Source: Pseudomonadota bacterium (GTDB lineage Bacteria > Myxococcota_A > UBA796 > SXON01). Taken from it: 64,000 nucleotides of DNA. Each line of letters starts with the position of its first letter. Position 1 is the first letter of the stretch. This document shows, piece by piece, positions 37,144-46,325 of the stretch. The notes below the pieces were generated by a model. The model saw only the letters and a list, made by a program, of their open reading frames with translations, was not told where the DNA came from and made no database searches. A program made the position numbers and the translations under genes. Location: assembly GCA_030684355.1 (NCBI GenBank), contig JAUXTN010000238.1:106690-170689 (forward strand), read 5' to 3'.

Positions 37144-38373
37144 TCAACTCCACTTCCCCGCCATCGCCATGCGGTGGTCGAGCGGCAGATCCTCCCCGCG
37201 GAGGAGCAGGTTCCAGTACACCCACCGGAAGCCGAGCTTGCCCCAGTGGTTCACATAGGATTCTTCGAGCAGCGTGAACGGCCCGACCCCGGGCAGGGGG
37301 AAGCGGCCGGGGAGCGGCTCGGTGTCGTAGTTGAAGTCGATCAACATCGCCTTGCCGTGGCCAGTCTCGATGAAGCAGTTGGCGTGCCCGTCGAAGGCGG
37401 GAAGGAGCTCCCTCTGCGCGATGAAGCGGAGCACGTTCTCTACCAGCACCTCCGATTGGAAGTGCGCCACCGCCCCCGCCTTGGATGCGGGCAGGTTGGT
37501 GCAGTCTCCCAACGCGAAGACCTCGGGGTGGGCGAGCGTCTGGAGCGTGTGCTTGTGCGTGGGGACGAACCCGGCGGTGTCCCCCATCCCGGAGCGGGCG
37601 ATGGCGTCGCTCCCCTTGTGCAAGGGGATGGTGACGAGCAGGTCGTAGTCGAGCTCGCGGCCGTCGAAGCCGACGAGCTTCCGCGCCTCGCCGTCCACCT
37701 TCGCCGCGGCGAAATCCGCCTCGACGGCGATCTTGCGCTCGGTGAGCATCCCACCCAGCGCCTGCGAGGCCCGCGGCTTGGTGAACGCGCCGTCGAGCGG
37801 CGTGGCGTAGACGATCTCGACCCGGTCGCGGATTTTCCGCTCGGTGAAGTACGCATCCGCGAGGAAGAGGAACTCCAGCGGCGCCACCGGGCACTTGATC
37901 GGCATCTCCACGACGTTGAGGAGGAGCCGCCCCCCGGTGAAGCCGTCGAGCGCCTTCGCCAGCGCCTTCGCACCGTCGAGGGTGTAGAAGTCGGACGCCG
38001 TCTGGCGCCAGCCGTGGCCGGTGAGGCCCTCGGTGGCCGCGGGGTCGACCTCGGTGCCGGTGGCGACGATCAGCACGTCGTAGGAGAGCGACCGGCCGTC
38101 GGCGAGGCGCACCGTGCGGGTGTCGGGCTCGACGCGGTCGAGGCCGGCGAGGTCGAGCGTGACCCCCGCGGGACAGTAGCGGCGGCGGCGGCGGACGATG
38201 TCGTCGGCGGCGTACATCCCGAACGGCACGAACAGGAGCCCGGGTTGGTAGACGTGGTCGTCGTCGCGGTCGACCAGGGTGATCCGCCAGCCGTCGGGGG
38301 CGAGCTCCCGGGACAGGCGGGCCGCCATCATGGTGCCGGCGGTGCCGGCGCCGAGGATGACCAGGTTCTTCAT
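37144..38373 (-). CDS. sqr: Sulfide:quinone oxidoreductase-type FAD-dependent oxidoreductase
   Basis: ATG 38373 gives MKNLVILGAGTAGTMMA. Motifs: MPIKCPVAPLEF, FALGDCTNLPASKAG. The stop lies 2 nt before the next start. Confidence 0.85.
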   Translation of the reverse strand: MKNLVILGAGTAGTMMAARLSRELAPDGWRITLVDRDDDHVYQPGLLFVPFGMYAADDIVRRRRRYCPAGVTLDLAGLDRVEPDTRTVRLADGRSLSYDVLIVATGTEVDPAATEGLTGHGWRQTASDFYTLDGAKALAKALDGFTGGRLLLNVVEMPIKCPVAPLEFLFLADAYFTERKIRDRVEIVYATPLDGAFTKPRASQALGGMLTERKIAVEADFAAAKVDGEARKLVGFDGRELDYDLLVTIPLHKGSDAIARSGMGDTAGFVPTHKHTLQTLAHPEVFALGDCTNLPASKAGAVAHFQSEVLVENVLRFIAQRELLPAFDGHANCFIETGHGKAMLIDFNYDTEPLPGRFPLPGVGPFTLLEESYVNHWGKLGFRWVYWNLLLRGEDLPLDHRMAMAGKWS

Positions 38374-38530
38374 GCAGGTGCCTCGCGGTGGGAGCGGGCC
38401 GATTGCACGCGACGTGCCAACGACCGGATCCGCCTCCAACGCCACGTTCGCCCACACCCGAGGTCGCGCCTGGGCTAGCTGCCGCAGTTCGGATGTGCGA
38501 TAGCACACAGTGGGGCGGGCGGCTTGCGCT

Positions 38531-38584
38531 CTACCGCGCCAGGGCGCCCCCGCTACCGCGCCAGGGCGCCCCCGCTACCGCGCC
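38531..38584. repeat. 22-bp direct tandem repeat, about 2.5 copies (CTACCGCGCCAGGGCGCCCCCG)
   Basis: Copies at 38531..38552 and 38553..38574, plus a partial third copy at 38575..38584 that contains the stop codon and last codons of the EEP gene. Confidence 0.9.
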
Positions 38585-39636
38585 TCCTCGAACCCCGCCT
38601 CGATCTTCTCCTCCGCCTCCTCGACGTCCTCCGGCTCCGGCAGCGGGTGTGGCTGCTCCGGCGCGGCCGCGGGCTCGTACGAGAGCTCTGCCAGCACGGG
38701 GAAGTGGTCGGAGCCGACGTAGGGCAGGAGGCGTAGCGAGGAGAGGCGGAAGTCGGGGGTGTGGAACACGTGGTCCAACGGGAAACGGAGCACCGGGTTG
38801 TTTGCGTCGAAGCTGTTGAACATGCCACGCCCCAGGCGCGGATCCAATGTCCCGCTCACCTTCCGGAAGAGCCTGGTGGTGGCGGACCACGCCACGTCGT
38901 TGAGGTCTCCGATGACGATGGCAGGGAGCTTCTCCTCGCGCACCAGGGCGCCCACGACGACCAACTCGGCGTCGCGTGGGCCCGAAGGTTGGCCCTGGGG
39001 CCCCGGCGGCCGCGGGTGCAGCCCGTGGAGCCGGATGGGGGACCCGTCGATGCGGAGGGTCGCGTGCACGGAGGGGACGTCGGACTCCACGAGGTACTGC
39101 ACCGAGGCGGCCTCGAGCGGCAGGCGCGAGTAGAGGATCATCCCGTAGGTGTTCGGCAGCGGCGCGGAGAGGCGATGCGGGTACTCCGCGTGGAGCGGAG
39201 AGAGGGCGTCCGCCCACCACGCGTCCGTCTCCATGGCGAGGAAGATGTCGGGGTCACTCTCCGCCACCGCCTCGAGGAGCAACCCGGCGTCCCGGTTGTC
39301 CTGGAACACGTTGGACACGAGGAGCCGGAGGCGCGGGGCGCCCTCGCGCGCGGGCTCGACCTCCCGAGGGCCCAGCGGCGTGAACGGCAGGACGGCGCCG
39401 CTCTGCCACGCGACGCAGGCCCCCACCCCGACGAGCCACGGGCGATCCCGCCGCTCGAAGCCGAGGGCGGCCAGGGCGAGCGTGCCGACGCCCACCGCCG
39501 CGATCTGGAGGCGGGGGAAGTCGAAGATGCGCACCCACCAGGCGGTCGCGCCCACGAACGGCAGCACGGTGGTCGTCACCACCACCCCCGCGAGCGCGAT
39601 CCCGACTACGCGCGCAGCCGTGTGGAGGCGCCCCAT
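38575..39636 (-). CDS. Membrane-anchored endonuclease/exonuclease/phosphatase (EEP) family protein
   Basis: The N-terminus has three hydrophobic segments. EEP motifs: LLVSNVFQDN, FLAMETD, VIGDLNDVAWS, SDHFPVLAEL. Confidence 0.85.
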   Translation of the reverse strand: MGRLHTAARVVGIALAGVVVTTTVLPFVGATAWWVRIFDFPRLQIAAVGVGTLALAALGFERRDRPWLVGVGACVAWQSGAVLPFTPLGPREVEPAREGAPRLRLLVSNVFQDNRDAGLLLEAVAESDPDIFLAMETDAWWADALSPLHAEYPHRLSAPLPNTYGMILYSRLPLEAASVQYLVESDVPSVHATLRIDGSPIRLHGLHPRPPGPQGQPSGPRDAELVVVGALVREEKLPAIVIGDLNDVAWSATTRLFRKVSGTLDPRLGRGMFNSFDANNPVLRFPLDHVFHTPDFRLSSLRLLPYVGSDHFPVLAELSYEPAAAPEQPHPLPEPEDVEEAEEKIEAGFEEAR

Positions 39637-39678
39637 GAGGGAAACGTAGGCACCGGCGGGCGCGGGTGCGAGCGCCCC

Positions 39679-42588
39679 TCACCCCCCGCCGAGCGCCGCC
39701 TCCAGCGAGAGCCCCCAACGCTCGGCGGCGCTGGTGACGAGCACCTCGGCCGGGGTGTCGAGCCCCGCGAGGTCCCAGACGCGGGCGGTGCCGTCCCAGC
39801 TCGCGCTCACGAGCCAACGGCCGTCGGGCCCGAACTCGACCGAGCTGACCCGCCCGGTGTGCCCGCGGAGCACGGCCAGCGTCGCGCCCGTCCGCGCGTA
39901 GAGCAGCCGCACGCCGCCCGTCAGCGTCGTGACCGCTACGTGCTCCCCGAACAGGGCGACGTCCACGATGTCGTCCCCCACGTCCACGCAGGCCTCGTCC
40001 ACGCAGACCTCCCGCCGCCGTGCGACGACGATGGGGGCGCCGCCGTCGCCCACGTCGACGGCGGTCGCGTCGGGGACCCGCCGCACCTCGCGCCAGGCCG
40101 AGCCCTCGAGGAGCCAGACGCCGCCGCGCGTGTCGAGGAGCACGGCGGTGCCGCCGTCGGGGCTGCTGGATCCGTCGAAGGGCGCCGGGCCGATCGGCTG
40201 GACGGTGGTGCCACCGTCGGGCTCGACGAGCAACGCCGCATCCCCGTAGGGCAGCGCCCAGACGCGCCCGTCGGACAGCCGCCCGGCGCGGCGCAGCGTG
40301 TCCGGTGCCTCCAGGGGTCGCACCTCTCCGTCCGGGCCGAGCCGTTGGCCCGGCGCCCCCATCGCCGAGGCGACGAGCCCGTCGTTGCGCGCGTACGCCA
40401 CGCACTTGGCGACCTCGCCCCCCCACCGCCACCGCCGCAGCTCGCGCCCGTCCGCGAGGCGCCGCTCCACCACGTCGCCGGTGCCGAGCGCGACGGCGAG
40501 CGCGTCGCCGGCGGGGGAGACCGTGACCTGCGAGATGCCCGCGTCGAACTGGAGCGTCGCGGGCCTGGGAGTCGGCGCGAGGCGCCAGCGTTCGAGCGCC
40601 TCGCCGAGGAGCAGCACCTCGCCGTCCGCGCCCCCGGGTGCCAGCCGGCTCGCGCCCGCCGGGAGCGCACCCGCCCAGGCGCCGACCACCGTGTTCCAGA
40701 TCCGCGGCCCCCCCCGCTCCCCGAGCGCGAGGACGAGCGCGGTGCCGGGGACGGGCAACAAGGCGCGGACGGCCCCCGAGAGCCCGCGGAGCGGCGCGCC
40801 CCAGCGGCCGTCGAGCAACGAGAGGATCTGCACCGTCCCGTCCTGGTGCCCCACGAGGAGGCCGTCCGCGCCCGGCGTGGCCACCGACCACGGGGGCCGC
40901 TCGCCGAGCGGCACCACCCGCCGCAGGACGCCGTCTTCGCCGTAGGCGCGGAGCTGCCCGTCGTCGCAGCCCACGAGGAGCTCTCCGTCCGCGACGAGGG
41001 TGGTGGCGCGGGTCGCCGCGCACGTCTCGAAGGCGACCGGGGCCTGGCCGGGCTTCAGCGCGCGCCCGGAGGCTCCGCGCAGCACGAACGCCCCCGTGTC
41101 GGACGCGAGCGGCCAGCCTCCACGGTCGACGGTGCCCGCGACCTCGCCGCCCTCGACCCAGGCGAGCGCGTCGGTGGTGGCGACGAGGAGCCGGTCGCCC
41201 ACCCACGCCGGGCGCTCGACGGCGTGCATCGCGAGCGACGCGCGGAGGACGAGGGGCTCGAGTCCCCAGATCTCGAGCCGGCCCTCGCCGTGGCAGGCCA
41301 TCGCGCTGGCGTCGGGGGCGACGACCCCGGTGTGGCGGCAGATCGCGGGCAGCGGGGTGCGCGTGACGAGGGTGGCGCTGGTGTGGGGCGTGCCCGCGAT
41401 CACGCCGCGCGCCTCCGGGGACGGGCCGAGGCGCAGCGCGTGCGCCGCGAGCACGTGCGCCTCCGGGATGCGGTCCTCCGCGAGGGCCGTACGCGCCTGC
41501 TGGGTGAGCGCCAGGGCAAGGTTCGCGTCGGCGGCGGCGCGCTCCCGGGCGGTGCGGTGCAGCGCGACCCCCACGACCACCGCGAGCACGACGAGCGCGG
41601 CGCCCCCCACGGCGAGCGGCGCGCGCCAGGCCTTCACCAGCCTGGAGAGGAGCTCGATGGGCTGGTAGTCGTGGGCTTCGACCCGCCGTCCGGAGAGCCA
41701 GCGGCCGAGATCCTCGGCCAGCTCGACGGCGGAGGGATAGCGCGCGCCGGGATCCGCCTGGAGGCAGCGGCGGGCGATGGCCACGAGCTCCCGCGGGACC
41801 TCGACGGGGAGGTCGTCCGCGAGGGGCGGCGCCCCCGACCGTTCCCCGGGCGCGGGGTCGGGGGGTGGACGCCCGCCGAGCAGCTCGTAGAGCGCCCCAC
41901 CCAGGCCGTACACGTCCGACGCGGGGCTCGCCACGTCGCCGCGCGCCTGCTCGGGGCTCATGTAGCGGGGGGTCCCCGCCACCCCGCCGCCACCGTCGGG
42001 CACGATCCGCTTCCAGTCCGAAAGCGCCGCGTCGGTGGGGCGCGCGAGCCCCCAGTCCGCCACCTGGGTCTCGCCGAACTCGCCGACCATGATGTTCGAG
42101 GGCTTCAGATCCCGGTGCACGATCCCCATGGCGTGCGCGTAGGCGACGGCCTGGCAGGCCGCGTGCAGGTGCGGGACGAGCGCGAGGCGCGCCGGCAGGT
42201 CCGGACACGCGGCGATCCGCTCCCGCAACGTGCGACCGCGGATGAGGCGCATCGCGTACCAGGCCTGCCCGTCGGTCACGCCGGCGTCGTAGACCGCCAC
42301 GATGCCGGGGTGCTCGAGCTGCGCGGTGATCCGGGCCTCGCACGCCAGCCGCCCGGCCAACTCGGGGGTCGCGGCGACCTTCAGGGCGACCTGCCGCTGG
42401 AGGCGGGCATCCCGCGCGGCGTACACCCGGCCCATGCCACCCAGGCCCAGGAGCCCCTCCCGCGCGTAGCGCGTGCCCACGGCCGCTCCGCTCGCGGCGC
42501 CGCCGCTGGCATCGCCGCCGCTGGCATCGCCGTCGCTCGGCACGTCGCCGGGGTCGCTCGCGAAGGGCACCGTCTCGTCGGCGTTCAC
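39679..42588 (-). CDS. Ser/Thr protein kinase with one TM segment and a WD40/beta-propeller C-terminal region
   Basis: The GTG at 42588 overlaps the upstream stop (GTGA). Motifs: GLGGMGRVY, VALKV, HRDLKPSNIM, ADWGLA, GTPRYMSPE. A TM segment (LAVGGAALVVLAVVVGVAL) is followed by WD-like repeats ending ..GHTGRVSSVEFGPDGRWLVSASWDGTARVWDL. Confidence 0.9.
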   Translation of the reverse strand: MNADETVPFASDPGDVPSDGDASGGDASGGAASGAAVGTRYAREGLLGLGGMGRVYAARDARLQRQVALKVAATPELAGRLACEARITAQLEHPGIVAVYDAGVTDGQAWYAMRLIRGRTLRERIAACPDLPARLALVPHLHAACQAVAYAHAMGIVHRDLKPSNIMVGEFGETQVADWGLARPTDAALSDWKRIVPDGGGGVAGTPRYMSPEQARGDVASPASDVYGLGGALYELLGGRPPPDPAPGERSGAPPLADDLPVEVPRELVAIARRCLQADPGARYPSAVELAEDLGRWLSGRRVEAHDYQPIELLSRLVKAWRAPLAVGGAALVVLAVVVGVALHRTARERAAADANLALALTQQARTALAEDRIPEAHVLAAHALRLGPSPEARGVIAGTPHTSATLVTRTPLPAICRHTGVVAPDASAMACHGEGRLEIWGLEPLVLRASLAMHAVERPAWVGDRLLVATTDALAWVEGGEVAGTVDRGGWPLASDTGAFVLRGASGRALKPGQAPVAFETCAATRATTLVADGELLVGCDDGQLRAYGEDGVLRRVVPLGERPPWSVATPGADGLLVGHQDGTVQILSLLDGRWGAPLRGLSGAVRALLPVPGTALVLALGERGGPRIWNTVVGAWAGALPAGASRLAPGGADGEVLLLGEALERWRLAPTPRPATLQFDAGISQVTVSPAGDALAVALGTGDVVERRLADGRELRRWRWGGEVAKCVAYARNDGLVASAMGAPGQRLGPDGEVRPLEAPDTLRRAGRLSDGRVWALPYGDAALLVEPDGGTTVQPIGPAPFDGSSSPDGGTAVLLDTRGGVWLLEGSAWREVRRVPDATAVDVGDGGAPIVVARRREVCVDEACVDVGDDIVDVALFGEHVAVTTLTGGVRLLYARTGATLAVLRGHTGRVSSVEFGPDGRWLVSASWDGTARVWDLAGLDTPAEVLVTSAAERWGLSLEAALGGG

Positions 42589-43481
42589 GTGCGGTCCTCG
42601 ACCTCGTCGCCGTCGCGCAGGAACAGCTCCACGTGCCCGAATCCGTCCGAGCGGACCACGTCGGGGCGCACCCCGCCCTCCCGCAAGCGCGCGCGCAGGC
42701 GAGACAGGTTCACGTCGAGCTTGTGCCGGAGCAGGTGCGGGTCGTCCTCGTCGCGCCAGAGCTCCCGCGCGAGCACCTCCCACGGGACCGGCCGACCGAA
42801 GGCCACCACCTCGCTCACGAGGCGCGCCGCCAGCCCGCTCAACACCAGGGGCTCGCCGCCGCGGGGATGGACGTGGACCGTCTCGAAGCTCGCGACGACG
42901 CGCAGCGGCCGCGACACGCCGCCGTCGAGGCGGGTGGCCGTGCGCCCGGTCTCGTCCAGCGACATCGCCGCGGCGCGGAACGTGCGCCCGTCCAGCTCCC
43001 AGGTGTCCCCGGGCTTGACCGCGCGCGCGACGCCGCCGATGGAGAGGCGCCACTCCTCGCCGTCTCCCCACACCCACGCCGGCGCGTCCGGCACGAGGCG
43101 CGGGACCAGCTCCGGGCGGGGCCGGGTCAGGAGGCTGCACACCCCGGTCACGACGACGCGCGGCAGGCCGTCCCCCTCGATGGCGAACACGGCCGCCGGC
43201 AGCACCACCTCCTCGACGACGAGCTCGAGGCCCTCCGCGAGGGCGATGCGTTGGCCCGTCGCCAGCGGCAGGGCGCCGCGGCTCTTGCCGTCCACCGCGA
43301 AGCGACCGCGCAGCGCGAGCAGCATGAGCTCCTGGCCGCGCAGGCTCACCATCGCGTGGGCTTCCGACACCCGCGCGTCGGCGATCTGGGCGGCGGCGGA
43401 CCAGAGGCGGCCGACGAGGTCGCCGTGGCCGAGCTCCACGGTGGCGCCGTCTGGCAGGCGGAGGCGGACGAAGGCGCGCAC
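42585..43481 (-). CDS. FHA-domain protein with a C-terminal OmpR-type winged helix
   Basis: 298-aa ORF. The N-terminus ..VELGHGDLVGR..DARVSEAHAMV.. is FHA-like. The C-terminus ..LSGLAARLVSEVVAFGRPVPWEVLARELW..LDVNLSRLRARLRE..GHVEL is winged-helix-like. Confidence 0.85.
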   Translation of the reverse strand: MRAFVRLRLPDGATVELGHGDLVGRLWSAAAQIADARVSEAHAMVSLRGQELMLLALRGRFAVDGKSRGALPLATGQRIALAEGLELVVEEVVLPAAVFAIEGDGLPRVVVTGVCSLLTRPRPELVPRLVPDAPAWVWGDGEEWRLSIGGVARAVKPGDTWELDGRTFRAAAMSLDETGRTATRLDGGVSRPLRVVASFETVHVHPRGGEPLVLSGLAARLVSEVVAFGRPVPWEVLARELWRDEDDPHLLRHKLDVNLSRLRARLREGGVRPDVVRSDGFGHVELFLRDGDEVEDRT

Positions 43482-43606
43482 GTCGGGAGCCTACCACCAC
43501 GCGCCGCTCGGCGAGGACCTCGTCTGTCCGTGACCGCTGAGAGACAGCTGAGAGGTCCGGTGCCGTCGCGCCCCCGGTACGGTGTGCTCCCTTCCCCAAG
43601 TGGCCC

Positions 43607-45307
43607 ATGAACCGTCGCATCGCCCCCCTCCTTCTCCTCCTGGCGGGCTCCTCCGCCGTGTCCGCGCCCGCCTTCGCGTTCACGGACCTCTTCGCCTCCG
43701 GCCACATCCGGGGCGACCGCGGCGGCCGGGCTGGGCAGCGGGTCTCCGTGGTCGTGGGCGAAGCCGCGCCCGGCACGGTCGCGAGCGTGACCGCGGACGT
43801 GTCGTCCGATGGCGGCCGGGAGACCCTCACGCTCACCGAGTTCGACGCCTGGCTCCACGGCGCCGCCACGCTCCCCGCGCTCCCGGCCGGGAACGCGGAG
43901 CTCGCCCTCACCCTCTACGACGGCGCCAGCGCCTCGCTGATGTCGTTCTCCGGCACCCTCGCCGCCGACGGGTCGGTGACCTTGAAGGCGGACCCGTCCA
44001 CCGACACGAGCGGCTGCACCTCGCGCCTCGGCTGTACCGTCACCGAGGCCCGGGACATCGAGCTCCTCGCCGCGGACGTGTTCGCGGCGTCGAGCGGGTA
44101 CGACGTGGCCATCGACCTCGCGGGCGCCGACGCGTACGACGTGGCCTACGCCGCCCTCCGCGTGACGCCGTGCGACCTGAACGCGGACACCGGCATCTGC
44201 CTCTACAACGGACAGAAGGTCACGACGGCCGAGGTGGGCTGGGACACGATCGGCACGGTGTGGGAGGCGGACCTCGCCCTCGAGCACGACGGTCCCGTGG
44301 ACCTGAAGGTCAAGGTGCGGGCCGAGGACGGGCCGACCGAGTCGCTGAAGTCCTCGCTCGGCCTCCCCTGGATCGACGGCGGCGACGGCGTCGCCACGCT
44401 CGCCGCGGACGCGGATCCGCTCACGACGCTGGGCCTCCTCTACGGGCGTGAAGGCGCTCGGGTCCAGACCGTGCGCTCCGCGCAGCTCGCCGTGGTCTCC
44501 GAGGGCTGGACCCTCGACACGGCGCCCACCCACGCCGAGGTGGAGCTCACCAACGGCGAGACGATCACCATCCCCGCGAACAGCTACCAGCGCCGCAAGC
44601 GGCCGGACATGCTCACCGCGGAGTGGGACGAGCTTCTTGACGAGAGCCTCTCCAGCTTGAGCGACAACCCCCTCTTCCGCCTCGTCATCGACGGCAGCAC
44701 GATGACCATCGACGGCGGCAGCGTCACGTTGGCCGACCTCTCCTCCCCGCTCTGCGCGGAGGGCACGTGTGTCACGCTCGTGGAGGACGAGACGGGCAGC
44801 TACGGCCTGTCCGTCACCCAATATCGGTGGGACACCGCTTTCGTCGCGGGCGAGGTCGATGTCAGTTTGGCGCTGCTCGACGCGGACGGTGCGGAGCTGA
44901 TCGCGGCGGAGAGCGTCGTCACCTTCGACGACGCCGACGTGACCGTCGTGTTCGCCAACGATGTGAGCTTCTCCGGGGATCCGCTCCACGCCGCGCTCAG
45001 TGGCCGGGTGAACCTGCTTGGCGCGGCCGATGGGCACGGCACCCAGGACACCCTGGCGTCGGGCCGGTTCTTCAGCACGGTCACGCGCGACGGCGAGGGG
45101 GACCTCGGCCTCTCCGGCGTGGGCGTCGACGACGTCGCGTCCATGCCGGCCACGAGCTTCGCGGTCCTGCTCGGCGGGGAGCGGTCCTCCTGCGGAGACG
45201 ACGACGGCGGATTCCTCGCGCCGCCGCCGCTCGCCGCGGTCTTCGGCAACGGCTCGGGCACGAAGAACGCGACCACCACGACGAGCACCAGGCCCGAGCT
45301 GCTGTGA
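43607..45307 (+). CDS. Secreted hypothetical protein
   Basis: 566-aa ORF with signal peptide MNRRIAPLLLLLAGSSAVSAPAFA and high third-position GC. I recognised no domain. Confidence 0.8.
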   Translation: MNRRIAPLLLLLAGSSAVSAPAFAFTDLFASGHIRGDRGGRAGQRVSVVVGEAAPGTVASVTADVSSDGGRETLTLTEFDAWLHGAATLPALPAGNAELALTLYDGASASLMSFSGTLAADGSVTLKADPSTDTSGCTSRLGCTVTEARDIELLAADVFAASSGYDVAIDLAGADAYDVAYAALRVTPCDLNADTGICLYNGQKVTTAEVGWDTIGTVWEADLALEHDGPVDLKVKVRAEDGPTESLKSSLGLPWIDGGDGVATLAADADPLTTLGLLYGREGARVQTVRSAQLAVVSEGWTLDTAPTHAEVELTNGETITIPANSYQRRKRPDMLTAEWDELLDESLSSLSDNPLFRLVIDGSTMTIDGGSVTLADLSSPLCAEGTCVTLVEDETGSYGLSVTQYRWDTAFVAGEVDVSLALLDADGAELIAAESVVTFDDADVTVVFANDVSFSGDPLHAALSGRVNLLGAADGHGTQDTLASGRFFSTVTRDGEGDLGLSGVGVDDVASMPATSFAVLLGGERSSCGDDDGGFLAPPPLAAVFGNGSGTKNATTTTSTRPELL

Positions 45308-45489
45308 CCCGGTTGCTCGCACCCGGAAGGGTGTGAGATCCGTGAGGGGTGTGGCCGCGCACCCCGAACGCTACGATACAGGCACGATCCAACCGATGGA
45401 TCGCCCGGCCCCCCGCCGGATCCAACCCAACCGACACCAGGCCCGCCCGCCCGACGGGGTGGGTGAGGTGCGCCTCCCGGAGTCCTCCC

Positions 45490-46221
45490 ATGAACGTGCT
45501 ATTTCTAATCGCCCTCCCCGCCCTCGCCGGCACCCCCGACGGGGAGACACCGGCCGTCGAGTCCGTCTGCGACGACTACAGCGGCGCCGCGGGCGGTATC
45601 TGCGTGGCCTATTGCGAGGCGACCGACTGTGACGCCGACCCCAACGCCTCCGAGACCGCCTGCGACCGCCTGTACGACCGCTTCGTCGACCTCACCGGCG
45701 ACGAGCCCCCCTGCCTGTCCACCGACTACGCCGTCGAGCTGGTCTACTCCGCGGACGACATCGTCACCGAGCTCTACATCGACGGCGTCGCGCTCGCCGA
45801 CGACGGGCACCACCTGGGCTGGAGCCTCGAGAGCTTCCAGAGCCTGACGCTGTCCTCGGGCACCCACACCATCGCGGTGCGCGTCGACGACATCGCGCGT
45901 TCCCTCGCCGGCCTCAACATGTCCGTGAGCGTGGACGGGCTGGAGACCTGGGTCACGGGCGACAGCGCCTGGAAGGTCAGCGACAACGCCCCGATGGGCG
46001 CCTGGACCGACGTCGCCTACGACGACTCCACCTGGACCACGCCGGTGGTCTGCCCGAACGGCTGGGGCTCCCCGGCGAGCCTCTCCACCCTCAACGCCGG
46101 CAGCTCGGAGTGGGTGTGGGACGACCTGACGTTCGGGTCCTGCCGCCCGTACGACTACACCGGTGGCGCCTACGTCGTGGACGCGACGAGCTGGTTCCGC
46201 CTGACGTTCACGCTGCCGTAG
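45490..46221 (+). CDS. Secreted hypothetical protein (Cys-rich N-terminal module plus a beta-rich domain)
   Basis: ATG 45490 gives MNVLFLIALPALAG. The Cys-rich module is VCDDYSGAAGGICVAYCEATDCDADPNASETACD. Confidence 0.8.
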   Translation: MNVLFLIALPALAGTPDGETPAVESVCDDYSGAAGGICVAYCEATDCDADPNASETACDRLYDRFVDLTGDEPPCLSTDYAVELVYSADDIVTELYIDGVALADDGHHLGWSLESFQSLTLSSGTHTIAVRVDDIARSLAGLNMSVSVDGLETWVTGDSAWKVSDNAPMGAWTDVAYDDSTWTTPVVCPNGWGSPASLSTLNAGSSEWVWDDLTFGSCRPYDYTGGAYVVDATSWFRLTFTLP

Positions 46222-46240
46222 CCCGCGCGGCTCAGCGCCA

Positions 46241-46267
46241 GGGGAGGCCGAAGCGCTCGGCCTCCCC
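46241..46267. terminator. Candidate bidirectional terminator hairpin (11-bp stem GGGGAGGCCGA / TCGGCCTCCCC, 5-nt loop)
   Basis: Read directly from the sequence. It sits in the 104-bp gap between two convergent genes (one ending at 46221, the other at 46326). Confidence 0.5.
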
Positions 46268-46325
46268 GCTCGGCGTCCTCGGCCTGCCGCTCCCCGATAG
46301 GCCTCCCCACCCAGCCGCTCCCCGA

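Noticed and set aside
38531-38584. Possible CRISPR array
   Set aside because: The copies are directly adjacent with no spacers, there are only about 2.5 of them, and no cas genes are present. It is a simple tandem duplication.
38761-43533. A 1590-aa plus-strand ORF spanning the EEP, kinase and FHA loci
   Set aside because: It is antisense to three minus-strand genes that carry clear catalytic motifs. Its product is a low-complexity Arg/Gly/Pro/Ala/Glu string with no motifs. This is the typical stop-free antisense frame of very GC-rich DNA.
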